Below, one piece after another: positions 42,342 to 52,960 of a stretch of 64,000 nucleotides of DNA (the stretch's first letter is position 1; each line of letters opens with the position of its first letter). The notes under the pieces were generated by a model. The model was not told the DNA's origin. It was given only the letters and a program-made list of their open reading frames with translations, and ran no database searches. Location of the stretch: NCBI GenBank assembly GCA_019828565.1, contig JAHDYR010000012.1:930001-994000 (forward strand), written 5' to 3'. The DNA is from Carpediemonas membranifera BICM (taxonomy: Eukaryota > Protista > Fornicata). The position numbers were made by a program, and so were the translations under genes.

Positions 42342-43559
42342 ATGGTGACCGAGAGCGTGGCATTGCTTTCCTGGGTTAATAAGGTTCTTGAACAACAGGG
42401 AGTATCTGCTGTCAGCAGTCTTCACGAGCTTGCTGATTGCGTTGCTTTGCACCAAATTCTCGAAACTCTCGATCCCTTCTTCAGAGCTTCTCAGTTTTAC
42501 GGCAGTGACGCCATATCGCAGCGGAAAGAGAACTGCGTGCGTTTTTTGAAGGAGCTCTCGCAGTTCTTCGTCGATGAGCTCGGCGTTGAGCCACCCTTCG
42601 ACTGGACGGCCTTCATCAGCCCGGCTGACATGGCTGCTGCATCGGAACGGCACATATCAGCTGCCATAGAGCTTGTGCTGGCGATAGCAGTGCAGACTGA
42701 GCTGCGGGAGTCGTCCATTGAGACGATCCTCGACATGGACGAGGCCGTCCAGGAGGTACTCATGGCTGTCGTCCAGAACCACCTCCAGGGTGGGTCGGGC
42801 GAGTACAGCAACGGGTCTGTGGAGGCTGTTGCCGCGTACCAGCTCGGCGACGCGGAGCACGTGTCGCCGCCCCATGCCCCGTCGGGCGACCTGCAGGCGA
42901 CGATTGTTGCCCTCACCGCCGAGAGAGACGTGCTCGCGGCACAGCTTGAGGAGGCACAGTCGTCGAATGGGCAGGTAGACCATGCGCTGGCCCGCAAGCA
43001 CGCGGAGCTGCGGCAGGAGCATGATGACCTCCTCGACAAGTTCTACGACGAGCACGCCGCGCGAGAAGAGGCCTCTGCCGACATCGAGGAGCTCAAAGAG
43101 ACTGTCGCCCGTCTGAGCGATGAGCGCGACACCGCGCTTGCCGCCCTCGAGGCCGCCCACGAGGACCAGGCCCGGCCCCCTATCTCTGAGCCCCCCAAAA
43201 CTCTGCCAGAGCCAGCAGCTCAGTCAATTGAGGCCATCGAGGAGCAGCAGGCCCGTGTGGTGGCGCTTGAGGCCGAGCTGGAGCGTGAGCGGGCCGGGAG
43301 CAGCGCGCTCATCGCTGAGAACACCGCGCTTAAGGGCGACCTCGAAGCACACTCCAAGGCGCTGAGTGCGTTGAAGCAGACCATGGTCGCCCAGGACAGC
43401 CAGGCTGCAGACCGCAGCAGGGCCGTCGAGGACGAGAGCCTGCTCGTGTGCAGCGCATTCCAGCGGTACGTGCTCGACAGCATGCGGGTGGTGGGCGACC
43501 ACTCGGCCCGAGCGGAGACGGGGCTTGGCTGGTGGGCGCGTCTCCGGGCGGACAAGTGA
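42342..43559 (+). CDS. Hook-family-like protein (CH-like Hook domain plus coiled coil)
   Basis: ALLSWVN...ELADCVALHQIL..LDP...ELVLAIAVQ...IETILDMDEAVQEVLM, followed by a long coiled coil. Confidence 0.75.
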   Translation: MVTESVALLSWVNKVLEQQGVSAVSSLHELADCVALHQILETLDPFFRASQFYGSDAISQRKENCVRFLKELSQFFVDELGVEPPFDWTAFISPADMAAASERHISAAIELVLAIAVQTELRESSIETILDMDEAVQEVLMAVVQNHLQGGSGEYSNGSVEAVAAYQLGDAEHVSPPHAPSGDLQATIVALTAERDVLAAQLEEAQSSNGQVDHALARKHAELRQEHDDLLDKFYDEHAAREEASADIEELKETVARLSDERDTALAALEAAHEDQARPPISEPPKTLPEPAAQSIEAIEEQQARVVALEAELERERAGSSALIAENTALKGDLEAHSKALSALKQTMVAQDSQAADRSRAVEDESLLVCSAFQRYVLDSMRVVGDHSARAETGLGWWARLRADK

Positions 43560-43721
43560 GGGTCAGTTTTCATGGATGAATAAAGAGACGCGTCAGTTGG
43601 TTCCTGTAGTGTGCACCCGCCCTCTGCGCGGCTAGTTCGCGTCCTTGGAGTGCATTTGTGTCTGGTGCAGAATATGCATCTCGACGCCAGCTTGCACAAC
43701 GCAACCAAGCAAAATCGTGCA

Positions 43722-46679
43722 ATGTATTGCTCTGGCTACAGCTATAACAACCGAGTTAGAAATGATGGCGATGATGTTGGTCTTGTTAACCAAGGTGCAA
43801 CATGCTACATGAACTCGCTGCTCCAAGCACTGTACCATACTCCTGAATTCCGCAACATCATCTACTCGTACTCTTATGACGCCGAGAAGGATGGGCCTGA
43901 GGATGAAAGTATCCCGCTGCAGCTGCAATACCTTTTTGCGGCGATGGAGCGGACTGAGAGGTCCTGCATCACCACAGACGACCTGACCAAGGCCTTCGGA
44001 TGGGACTCCATGGACTCATTCGTCCAGCAGGACGTCCACGAGACGTCTAAGATCCTCCTCGACGCCCTGGAGAACTGCTTTGCCGGCCACGACGGGCTGA
44101 AAGAGCGTCTCGTCGCCATGAGCTATGGGAAGCTCCACAACTCCGTGCGCTGCCTCAAGTGCCACAACCTGACGACCCGCGAGGAGCCCATGTCCGACCT
44201 GGCCGTCGACCTACGGCCCGACCTGACCCAGGCTCTGGAGGCACTGCTCGAGAGCGAGCGGCTCGAGGGTGACAACCGGTACTACTGCGACAAGTGCGCG
44301 GCCAAGGTGGATGCGGACAAGTTCATGTCGGTCGGCCGGCTGCCACCCGTGATGCACGTCCACGTGAAGCGGTTTGGGTACGACCCCCGCACGTGGAGCC
44401 GCATGAAACACGACAATGTCTTCGCGTTCCCCCTTCTCATCGACATGGCGCCCTACGTCAGCGAGGAGGCCTGTACCGACCCCGCCCTGCCCCTTGTTGA
44501 CCCCCTGACCGTGCCCATGCCGACCAGCGCCGACCTCGAGGCCAGCCGCATCCCCCCCGCCTACCACAGCTACTTCTCCGCGGACGGCATGGCCCCATCG
44601 CGCCACCTGTACTCCCTGTTCGGGCTGCTGATCCACGCGGGCTCTGCCATGGGCGGCCACTACTACGCGTACGTGGCACCAGACCCGACGGACCCGACGC
44701 GGTGGTGCCAGTGCGACGACGACTGCGTGGAAGAGGCGAGCATAGGCGCCGTGTTCCGTTCGTTCGGCGTCGACACCCCCAGCGCGTACATGCTGCTGTA
44801 CCGCCGGGTCGGCCCCGTCGAACCGGCCCTCATCCCAGCACAGGCCCTGGCGGCAGTGGAGAAGGACAACGCGGACTTCAGGGAGGAGGCCCGCCGCCTG
44901 ACCGAGCAGCGCAACACGGTGACCTGCTTCGTGAACACGGACGTCGAGGGCAACCCGATCTCTCTGCTGGACCACGCCCCCCACGCCCTTCCCATGTCCG
45001 CTAGGTTCATCGTAGACCGCACAGCGCCCATCGAGTCGCTCAGCGAGACCGTCTTGGGCTACTTCAACCTCAAGTCGGCAGACTATGCCGCTATCCGCGT
45101 CCGGACGGCGACGTCGGGCCGCATGTCGAAGGAGCTCGCGTGCACATCAATCGAGGAGGCGCTCGGCTCAATGAGGGGCGCCGATCTTTCCCACGCCGGC
45201 AAGGTCATTGTCGTCGAGGTGTTCAGGACCGGCGCGGACGTCTACCCAGCCGGGCCGACCCACGCAGTCGTCCGCACGGCGTTCACCGGCCCCGATCTCA
45301 CCCGCACACCCGCTGTCGGCACCATTATCGACCGCAACCAGACTCCTGCCGAGGTGGCGAAGCAGCTGGCGGCGACCCTCGGACTCGACCCCGCCCAGCG
45401 GTACACGGCCAAGCTGCAGAGCGGGCTGCGGCGCGTGATGCGATACCAGGCGCTGGACAACTTCCCGAACCTAGTGCGATATCCGCAGTTCGACGACCGC
45501 GCCCTATTCGAGCTGGAGCTCGCCGGGAGCGACGACATCGACAAGCGCACGCAGCGGCTCAACCAGATCTTTGTGCTGGGTACAGCCGTGGTAGACGGCG
45601 AGCTCGTCGTCGACGACAGCCTGTCCATCGAGGTGCAGCTTAACGCCACCGCCGCCATCGTCCAGGCGACGCTCAGCAAGCGCTACGGCATCGATCATCG
45701 CACCCACCGTCTCTACGCCGTCACCGCCGACGAGGCCGGCTTGTCAGTGGGACGAGAGCTCGGGCCGCGCGACATGCTGACAGAGCACATCGTCCCGGGG
45801 CCAGCGGGGCGGCTCGCGGACACTGTGCTGCCCGGATTCGTCCCCGAGCACGGCGAGACGATTCGGGTCGTACTGGTGCGGGTCTGTGAGGGGCTGTCCA
45901 TCCCTGCCAAGCTCAACGAGACGCGTGTGCGCCTGTCCGTCTTCGGCCCCGGCCCCGTCTACTTCGCCGATTCTGCCTTCGTTGCCGAGACCATCATCGA
46001 CAAGACCGCGCCACTTGCCGACGTCTCTGCCGACCTGGCCACCCTGGCCAACGTCACCGGCCCTGTCCGGCTGTGGCGGCGCGTCGGTGATCGGCCCGAG
46101 CCCCTTGTGCGGCCTCGCCAGGTCGCCCTCGACACGGAGATCATCATTCAGCAACTGACGGTACCCGACGAGAAGCCCGTCGAGTTCGTCTTCTACGCCT
46201 CGCCGTTCGACCCGAACCGCGGCTTTGAGGAGACCCTGCAGAACGCCACTGAGGTGTGCGTGTCCGACAGCTACCTCAACCTCGGGGCCATGGTCAAGCT
46301 CGCCTCGGGGGCCACCCACCCCGACTGTGCCCTGCCCGACCTGCCGCACCCGACCAACGTCGTCCCCCGCATCGGCGTACTGGGCCCGAAGGGCGTTGTG
46401 TGGGCTTTCAGCCGTGTGCCCGGGACGATGGCTGACGTATGGGCGCGCTACGCCGAGCTGCGGTACAAGCAGTTCGCCATGACTGACACTGCCGCTCTCT
46501 CCCGCAAGGAGATGGCCCACGGCGTCGTCGTCGTCGACATGGTGCCCGCTGGGACGCAGACAGGCTACATCTCGAGCACCCCGCCCAGTCCGGGTGTCCG
46601 TCAGCCCCGGTCGATGCTGACCGCGTCGCGCTTCCTGAACAGGCACGAGAGCATGCCCAAGATCGGGCGCAAGGATTAA
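43722..46679 (+). CDS. Ubiquitin-specific protease (peptidase C19; USP7/40/47-like)
   Basis: Cys box GLVNQGATCYMNSLLQ, QQDVHE and His box HAGSAMGGHYYAY. The start is uncertain (43674 or 43722). Confidence 0.92.
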   Translation: MYCSGYSYNNRVRNDGDDVGLVNQGATCYMNSLLQALYHTPEFRNIIYSYSYDAEKDGPEDESIPLQLQYLFAAMERTERSCITTDDLTKAFGWDSMDSFVQQDVHETSKILLDALENCFAGHDGLKERLVAMSYGKLHNSVRCLKCHNLTTREEPMSDLAVDLRPDLTQALEALLESERLEGDNRYYCDKCAAKVDADKFMSVGRLPPVMHVHVKRFGYDPRTWSRMKHDNVFAFPLLIDMAPYVSEEACTDPALPLVDPLTVPMPTSADLEASRIPPAYHSYFSADGMAPSRHLYSLFGLLIHAGSAMGGHYYAYVAPDPTDPTRWCQCDDDCVEEASIGAVFRSFGVDTPSAYMLLYRRVGPVEPALIPAQALAAVEKDNADFREEARRLTEQRNTVTCFVNTDVEGNPISLLDHAPHALPMSARFIVDRTAPIESLSETVLGYFNLKSADYAAIRVRTATSGRMSKELACTSIEEALGSMRGADLSHAGKVIVVEVFRTGADVYPAGPTHAVVRTAFTGPDLTRTPAVGTIIDRNQTPAEVAKQLAATLGLDPAQRYTAKLQSGLRRVMRYQALDNFPNLVRYPQFDDRALFELELAGSDDIDKRTQRLNQIFVLGTAVVDGELVVDDSLSIEVQLNATAAIVQATLSKRYGIDHRTHRLYAVTADEAGLSVGRELGPRDMLTEHIVPGPAGRLADTVLPGFVPEHGETIRVVLVRVCEGLSIPAKLNETRVRLSVFGPGPVYFADSAFVAETIIDKTAPLADVSADLATLANVTGPVRLWRRVGDRPEPLVRPRQVALDTEIIIQQLTVPDEKPVEFVFYASPFDPNRGFEETLQNATEVCVSDSYLNLGAMVKLASGATHPDCALPDLPHPTNVVPRIGVLGPKGVVWAFSRVPGTMADVWARYAELRYKQFAMTDTAALSRKEMAHGVVVVDMVPAGTQTGYISSTPPSPGVRQPRSMLTASRFLNRHESMPKIGRKD

Positions 46680-46729
46680 ACAGTAAGGACCCTTATCCCA
46701 ACTTTTATCAGTGATAGTCCAAGCATAGT

Positions 46730-48235
46730 CTACAGCGACCCCAGTGGCCGGCCATGCATCCACTCGTCAAACTCCTCGGGTTTGGGGAGCTCCCCGCCGC
46801 CGATCGCCAAGCCGTACGCCAACACAGCCTGGCACAGCCCGCCCGGCAGCGTCAGCACGGTGATGGCAGCGGAGTCAGACCCCTCGGCGCCCAGGAACTC
46901 AAGAGCTGCTCTGCTCACGGCCCGGAGCAGCTCGGGCGTCTGCTCCACGCCTACGTCCGCAATGGCGTCCGCGGTGACCGATCGGAGCTCGAGACCGACC
47001 TTGGGGTCAAGGCGTTCGGCCAGCCCGATGAGGTCAACGCGTTTGAGCCAGGAGAAGACGGGTGTGTCGTCGACATGCTTGCACAGCTGCTCCAGACCGA
47101 CGTTGACCGCGTCGACGAGGGATGGCTGTGCCCGGAAGCGGGCGGCGATGGCTGTGAGGGCGACGCTGAGGGCGTGGTGGGCGAACATGCGCACCGTCCC
47201 CATGGGGGAGGCCGGGGCGTCCAGCCCGAACATGCCGTGCTGGGCCAGCCACATCTCCACGTACGGCGTGATGGCCGAGAAGGACGGCAGCGGCGGCGTC
47301 TGAGGTGGGAACGCCTCCCGCCGCAGCTGCACCAGCCCGACGAACGCCGCAGAGAGCCGAGGCACCGCGCGGATGAAGCTGTTGCGGACATCGGACACGA
47401 GCGTCGCCGCCTCGGCCCTCGTCATCCGCCGCAGCTGGGTGCCATAGAGCCTCTGCAGCGCGTCCTCGGCCGCGTCACTAACAAGTGCGACATAATGGAC
47501 GGCGTCGCCCTCGCATGACACGGCGCGGTTCTCGTCGGGTCGGGCTGAGGCATTGCCGGCCTTTGCAGGCATTGCTGGTGGCTCGCGGCCTGTCTCGACA
47601 TCGTGCTCAAACCATACCGTCGCCGTGGAGTCGTCTCGCGCGACAAGCTCGAACTGGCCCTCCTTCACGTCGTCCACCCAGTCTCCCTCCAGACGGTCAC
47701 CCGACGCGTAGTGGAAGGTCCCGTGCCCGTGCCGCTTGCCCGCCCGGAACGCTCCATCGTAGTGCATCACCTGCGGGTTCTGTAGGGTGACCTCCTGCCG
47801 CGCGTACTGATCCAGACGGGCCTGCACGAAGGTCTGAAGGTCGGCCTCCTCCACGGGGTCCAGGGGTGCGTCGTACCACACGTAGAGGCCCTCGCCATTG
47901 GGCATTCCATCGGCCCATTGCCCCTGGTACACCTCGTGCTTGCCGGCCCACAAGAACAGGCCAGATCCACTCTGCTTTCCCGCCTCCCACTGGCCGATGT
48001 ACGCGTCACCGTTGCCATAGCGCCTCACACCCTCACCACTGTACTTTCCGTTCTCAAACTCGCCGTCATAGTATGATTTCTCGCTGAAGGACAGCTTCCC
48101 AGTGCCGTGAAATTTCCCTTCGTGCCACTGCCCCTCGTATTCGCAGTTGTTCCATTTGAAGCTGCCTGTACCTCCCCTCAAGTGTTTAAACTCTTCGAAT
48201 TCTTGAAGAGCCTGTGGAGTGACGGGATCAGTCAT
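46730..48235 (-). CDS. MORN-repeat protein (radial spoke RSPH10-like)
   Basis: Repeated YEGQW..GK.HG.G motifs; the start is uncertain (48235-48373). Confidence 0.85.
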   Translation of the reverse strand: MTDPVTPQALQEFEEFKHLRGGTGSFKWNNCEYEGQWHEGKFHGTGKLSFSEKSYYDGEFENGKYSGEGVRRYGNGDAYIGQWEAGKQSGSGLFLWAGKHEVYQGQWADGMPNGEGLYVWYDAPLDPVEEADLQTFVQARLDQYARQEVTLQNPQVMHYDGAFRAGKRHGHGTFHYASGDRLEGDWVDDVKEGQFELVARDDSTATVWFEHDVETGREPPAMPAKAGNASARPDENRAVSCEGDAVHYVALVSDAAEDALQRLYGTQLRRMTRAEAATLVSDVRNSFIRAVPRLSAAFVGLVQLRREAFPPQTPPLPSFSAITPYVEMWLAQHGMFGLDAPASPMGTVRMFAHHALSVALTAIAARFRAQPSLVDAVNVGLEQLCKHVDDTPVFSWLKRVDLIGLAERLDPKVGLELRSVTADAIADVGVEQTPELLRAVSRAALEFLGAEGSDSAAITVLTLPGGLCQAVLAYGLAIGGGELPKPEEFDEWMHGRPLGSL

Positions 48236-48375
48236 CTTGTTGTCGATGATTATAGTCATAACCTGCGAAGTGCTTTGACTGGCCTCTGATGGAGCTTCTG
48301 TGCGCTGGATACCACCGCATGCACTTATATCTGTCTCTCTCAGCCCTGTTCTTGTTTTGACAGATTTGGCCATCA

Positions 48376-49254
48376 ATGACGAAGAACGCTACTAGCCTGT
48401 TTCGGACGGTGGTTCTTCCAGTATGCAACGAGAAGCAACTTCTTGAGGCCTCATCACAGCATATTGTCTCAGAGTTAGACATATTCAGTGAGACAGAACT
48501 GCAACTCGATCTTGCCTGCTGGACCCGCAGCGTGTACCACGATTTCGACCTCAGCCGTCTCCTTTCGGATGATTTTATCCATGCTGTCGCAGATGGAACA
48601 GTTTCTGCATTCGGGGCCTGCTCTGCTTACTCAGTTCAGTTGCTCCCCTCGGGCAAGCTCATCCTGGTGTATGCCTCAGAGCTGGCCGCAACCGCAGGCG
48701 TTGTCGGTGAGAACAGACACCACAACGTGGAGTCCCTACGTGCGGGCGTGTCAGAGGCAGTCGTCGACCTGCTCCACCCCAGCCTGTGCCCTGTGGCCGG
48801 CGGTTACTCCCTACCCCAGCCGGACAGAGCCCATATTGCCGCCATGCTGCGGAGGGTTGGCCCTTGCACCCTCACAGTCGTCTCAAATACCGCCACTGGC
48901 ATGCCTGCCGCCCCAGCTGTCCATGGGGTGCCCCGCCTCGCCCGATCTCAGCCTGTCGCCACAGCGCAGTGGCCTGACGACATGCACATGGCCCTCGAAC
49001 AGGCTGCGCTGGGACAGCTTGCCTGCCACCGTGCCCGTCTCGACGGCCTTGCATCAGGCCCTCTGCTGGCCGCTATCGTCGCCGCTGCACAGACACGGCC
49101 GCGCTTTCTCATCAGCGCATCATCTCCAGACCGCGTCCCGTATGGCGTCGGGTCGTGCCGGCATCCGGCGGGGTGTGGAGGGGGCGAGCTGTCCCGGGCG
49201 TACGGTCCCGGCGTGATCCTGACCTTTGTCTGCAAGCGGGACGAGTACAGCTGA
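48376..49254 (+). CDS. Putative RNase P/MRP subunit Rpp40-like protein
   Basis: LSRLLSDDFI...G...A...LLPSGKLILV....A...GVVG resembles the Rpp40 N-terminal conserved block (recognised from memory). Confidence 0.55.
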   Translation: MTKNATSLFRTVVLPVCNEKQLLEASSQHIVSELDIFSETELQLDLACWTRSVYHDFDLSRLLSDDFIHAVADGTVSAFGACSAYSVQLLPSGKLILVYASELAATAGVVGENRHHNVESLRAGVSEAVVDLLHPSLCPVAGGYSLPQPDRAHIAAMLRRVGPCTLTVVSNTATGMPAAPAVHGVPRLARSQPVATAQWPDDMHMALEQAALGQLACHRARLDGLASGPLLAAIVAAAQTRPRFLISASSPDRVPYGVGSCRHPAGCGGGELSRAYGPGVILTFVCKRDEYS

Positions 49255-49325
49255 GATGACTGGCGCCGTATCATATTATAAATGGACTCCCGGGCAAGCT
49301 GGTCCTTTACTGTGACAGGGTCTGC

Positions 49326-51314
49326 TCAACAAAGCTCGGCGGCCATCTCGTCCTCCTCCTCTTCTTCTTCGTGTATGTCACTGATCAGCTTCTCGACACT
49401 CTGTGGCACCTTGATGCTTGAGTCGGCACAAGTCTCGCGGATCTCGTTGAGTGCGATTTCAACCCAACGCTGGGCGCGCTCAGCCTTCTTCGGGCTCGAC
49501 GCGCGGAGGACATCGGCGTAGGTCGACCAGAGGCTGACGCAGTTGGCGACCTTGTGGGCATACATCTCAGCGCCCATAGCGAACGCGGCGTCATTGATCT
49601 TGTTGAGGTGCGCCTCGACGGCCTGAAGCTGGGCGGGGGTCGCCCGGCCACCGGCCTGCATCTTCTCGAACGAGTCGTTGACGACGTCGACCACGATGAT
49701 GTTCGTCAGTCGGTCCCAGCCGTCCGGCACCGCCATCGTCTCCCGCTCGGTCTCGGGCTGGGTCAACTCGGCGAGGTCGACGTGGTGCTCAGGCTGGGCG
49801 GGCTGGAGCTGGGGCGGGGCAGGCTTAGCTGAAACTGGAAGGGGTTCTTGCTTGGCCGGCATGACTTGGACATCATTCGCGACAGCTGTTGGTTTGCTGA
49901 TCTGAAGAAGCTTCTCGACACTCTGTGGCACCTTGATGCTTGAGTCGGCACAAGTCTCGCGGATCTCGTTGAGTGCGATTTCAACCCAACGCTGGGCGCG
50001 CTCAGCCTTCTTCGGGCTCGACGCGCGGAGGACATCGGCGTAGGTCGACCAGAGGCTGACGCAGTTGGCGACCTTGTGGGCATACATCTCAGCGCCCATA
50101 GCGAACGCGGCGTCATTGATCTTGTTGAGGTGCGCCTCGACGGCCTGAAGCTGGGCGGGGGTCGCCCGGCCACCGGCCTGCATCTTCTCGAACGAGTCGT
50201 TGACGACGTCGACCACGATGATGTTCGTCAGTCGGTCCCAGCCGTCCGGCACCGCCATCGTCTCCCGCTCGGTCTCGGGCTGGGTCAACTCGGCGAGGTC
50301 GACGTGGTGCTCAGGCTGGGGCGGGGCGGGGGAGACAGACTTGGGCTGGGGGGTGGCCTTGGGCTTCTTGACGACAACCCGCTCGGGCGCTGTCACGATC
50401 GTCTCCTCCATGGCCGCCAGCTCAGCAGCGATCTCAGCGTCGAGCGAGGCGTCGTCGGGCGAGGACTTCGCTCGCTTGTCCTTGGGTGCCTCGAGTCCCA
50501 TCTCGCGCTGCATGCGCCGCAGCTCTGCATCAGCCTCGTCGTCAACACCATGCAGGTCGTATGTATCTGGGTTCTCTGGGTCGAGCTGCTGCAGCGCGGC
50601 CAGCATTTCGGAGTCGACCCCGTAGTTTGTCATTCCATTCGTGCGAGGCTTCTCCTTGGCCGTGTCTGACGGTGTAATCGGCTCGGGAACGTCGGGCGTG
50701 TACTCTTTGAAGGTGAAGGCCTTGAACTTGTCAGACGCCATACCCCTCACGTCAGCGAAGTACTGCGCCCTCTCCTCGGGCGTCTGGATGATACGGTAAT
50801 ACACCTGAGCCTCACCCACAGGCACCCCGCCCTGCTCGGGGTCCATAAATTGTACATTGACCTGTGCGGCAGTGGATTCGACGGGCACTGTCATCGCCTG
50901 CTCGAGGATCTCGGCGACGAAGGCCTGCTTGGGGGCAGACGGCCCGCAGGACCGGACAAAGCCGCCAAACAGGCTGCGGTGGAACCTGAGCTCGATCGTG
51001 TACCAGGGGCGGAGCTGATTCTTCGGCTTATCGGAAGATACCGCCTTGTCGTACTTCAGGCGCTTGACCTTGAAGCAGACGGCGCTGCCTGGGATCAGAT
51101 TATTGGATGACGAGGGACAAAAGTTCTTTGTCTTCTTCGTTGGGCCGTTATCAATGCCAGTCATCCGGTCGTTCTGGGAAATCTGAAGAGAAAATGAGCG
51201 CGTGTCGTGAGGGGGAAAGAGACGCACATATACGCCGACAATACCAAACTCTATGTCTTCCCTCTTCTCTCGCTTTGACGAGAAGGTGCGGTCCCTTCCT
51301 GCCCGGTTGTTCAT
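49326..51314 (-). CDS. Protein with possible divergent C2 domain and duplicated helical C-terminal domain (CC2D1/Lgd-like)
   Basis: Long ORF with an in-frame internal repeat. The repeated domain ends AERAQRWVEIALNEI, like CC2D1 C-termini; the family call is tentative. Confidence 0.55.
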   Translation of the reverse strand: MNNRAGRDRTFSSKREKREDIEFGIVGVYVRLFPPHDTRSFSLQISQNDRMTGIDNGPTKKTKNFCPSSSNNLIPGSAVCFKVKRLKYDKAVSSDKPKNQLRPWYTIELRFHRSLFGGFVRSCGPSAPKQAFVAEILEQAMTVPVESTAAQVNVQFMDPEQGGVPVGEAQVYYRIIQTPEERAQYFADVRGMASDKFKAFTFKEYTPDVPEPITPSDTAKEKPRTNGMTNYGVDSEMLAALQQLDPENPDTYDLHGVDDEADAELRRMQREMGLEAPKDKRAKSSPDDASLDAEIAAELAAMEETIVTAPERVVVKKPKATPQPKSVSPAPPQPEHHVDLAELTQPETERETMAVPDGWDRLTNIIVVDVVNDSFEKMQAGGRATPAQLQAVEAHLNKINDAAFAMGAEMYAHKVANCVSLWSTYADVLRASSPKKAERAQRWVEIALNEIRETCADSSIKVPQSVEKLLQISKPTAVANDVQVMPAKQEPLPVSAKPAPPQLQPAQPEHHVDLAELTQPETERETMAVPDGWDRLTNIIVVDVVNDSFEKMQAGGRATPAQLQAVEAHLNKINDAAFAMGAEMYAHKVANCVSLWSTYADVLRASSPKKAERAQRWVEIALNEIRETCADSSIKVPQSVEKLISDIHEEEEEEDEMAAELC
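49387..50320. repeat. Intragenic direct repeat, 412 bp x2, offset 522 bp
   Basis: 49387-49798 matches 49909-50320. Confidence 0.92.
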
Positions 51315-51384
51315 CGGCAAACAGCTACTATCGTGACGTCTGTTATGGTGTGCCCATTAACCAACGTAAATGTTCAAGGCAGGT

Positions 51385-52692
51385 TTACACGTGCTCCTCG
51401 GTGGTGGTGTGGAGCTTGCCGTCGACGAGCTTGTGGACGAACTGCTGGGGAACGGGGATCTCCTCCTCGAGCCACATAGGCAGGACGTTCATGTCCGTGG
51501 ACGTCGAGGAGTGGAGCTCGACGGCGGCAGCAGTCTCGGACAGGTGGACCTGGATGCCGCGGGTGTTGTCGATCGTCATGGTCGGGCAGGTGCCGTTAAT
51601 CTGCACCTCGAGCTTCTTCGAGTTGATCACCTCAATCGAGGCTGTCGTCGTCTCGACGATGATGCCGCAACCCCTGCAGTTGTCGACCGTGAGCTGGTTG
51701 AACTTGGTCGGTAGTTGGACGACGCAGTCGACGAGGTTGTACAGGTAGACAGACTGCCCGCTCTCGGCCTCGTGCACGATGGCCTTGTCCCCGACATAGT
51801 TCTCGATGGTCCACTTCCGCATCACGAGCTCCGTCTTGGGGGGGCGGGCGGGGGCGTCCTTCTTGGCGGCCACCGGCTTCTTGGCGGGGGCCTGGGACTT
51901 GACGGGGGCCTGCTTCGGCTGGTTCTTCGTCTTCATGTCCTTCGTCACGTGCTTCATCATCGTCGTCGGGTCCTTGCCGTCGAACGCATCAAACAGACCG
52001 CCGCCAGTGGGGGGGTTAGGGGCAATCTTCATGGCAGGATGGACGGACTTGAGGTCGGCGCCGTTGGGGCACCACTTGAGCCCAGTCTTGAAGTTCTCGC
52101 GGATGTACTCCTCGAGCTGCTTGAAGAAGGCGTCGATGGCCGTGGCGAAGCGCGTGTCCACCGTGTCCCTGCCCGCCTGGCCCTTGCGGACCCGGTTGGC
52201 GTACATCATGGCGCTGCCGCCGATCTCCTTGACATACCCAGCGGGCGTGCCCATGCTGGGGTCCATGACGAGCCACTGCAGCGCGGACATGGCCTCGCCG
52301 AACGTCTTGAGGTGGTCGTAGTGGGCCGAGCGGCGATCGGGGTCTGCAAGCTTCATCGCAAGCTCGAACATGGGCTTAGTGGCCTCAGCGAGCTCAGCCA
52401 TACCGGGCTTCTTGGCGCGGAGGGAGATGTCGACGAAATCACGCATCATGGCGAGAACAGACATGACCTCGGCGGAAGCGGCCGCAACATCCTCACCGAT
52501 GGTCGCAGCCTCCTTATCGATCTTGCCAAATGTGTCCTGGATGATTTTGTCCAGCTGGGTGACGAGGGGATCGATCTCAGCTTCAGTGGGCTTCTGAGTA
52601 TCGGCAGAAGCAGGAGCTGGAGCGGTACTGGATCCGAGGGCGGTCTCCATGCGTACAACGGCGTTTTCAAAGCGGTGGATTAGCGCTTCCAT
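51385..52692 (-). CDS. CAP: Adenylyl cyclase-associated protein (CAP/Srv2)
   Basis: N-terminal LIHRFENAVVRME, helical domain ending TGLKW, KHVTKDMKTKN, and CARP domain KW.IENY...VPQQF. Confidence 0.92.
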   Translation of the reverse strand: MEALIHRFENAVVRMETALGSSTAPAPASADTQKPTEAEIDPLVTQLDKIIQDTFGKIDKEAATIGEDVAAASAEVMSVLAMMRDFVDISLRAKKPGMAELAEATKPMFELAMKLADPDRRSAHYDHLKTFGEAMSALQWLVMDPSMGTPAGYVKEIGGSAMMYANRVRKGQAGRDTVDTRFATAIDAFFKQLEEYIRENFKTGLKWCPNGADLKSVHPAMKIAPNPPTGGGLFDAFDGKDPTTMMKHVTKDMKTKNQPKQAPVKSQAPAKKPVAAKKDAPARPPKTELVMRKWTIENYVGDKAIVHEAESGQSVYLYNLVDCVVQLPTKFNQLTVDNCRGCGIIVETTTASIEVINSKKLEVQINGTCPTMTIDNTRGIQVHLSETAAAVELHSSTSTDMNVLPMWLEEEIPVPQQFVHKLVDGKLHTTTEEHV

Positions 52693-52960
52693 CTGTTTGA
52701 GGTGTTCTTATTGTGTGTCCGACTCCGCGACTGTCATCGGCACGAGTTGACGAGGCTGATTCATCGAGACCAAGGGTCAGGGTGATGGTTATAAAGGAAT
52801 CTATCGTCATCGGCACTCGACACAGTTGGCACAAGCGTACTGTGCGCCGCATGGCTTGATCGGATGCTCTCAGCGCGGCCCGCTCATCTCGACAGCCGCA
52901 CTGGGAGTGGGGGCTCGGTACCCTGATAATATGGTATTTAGCACTGTTGGGGCTGCATTC

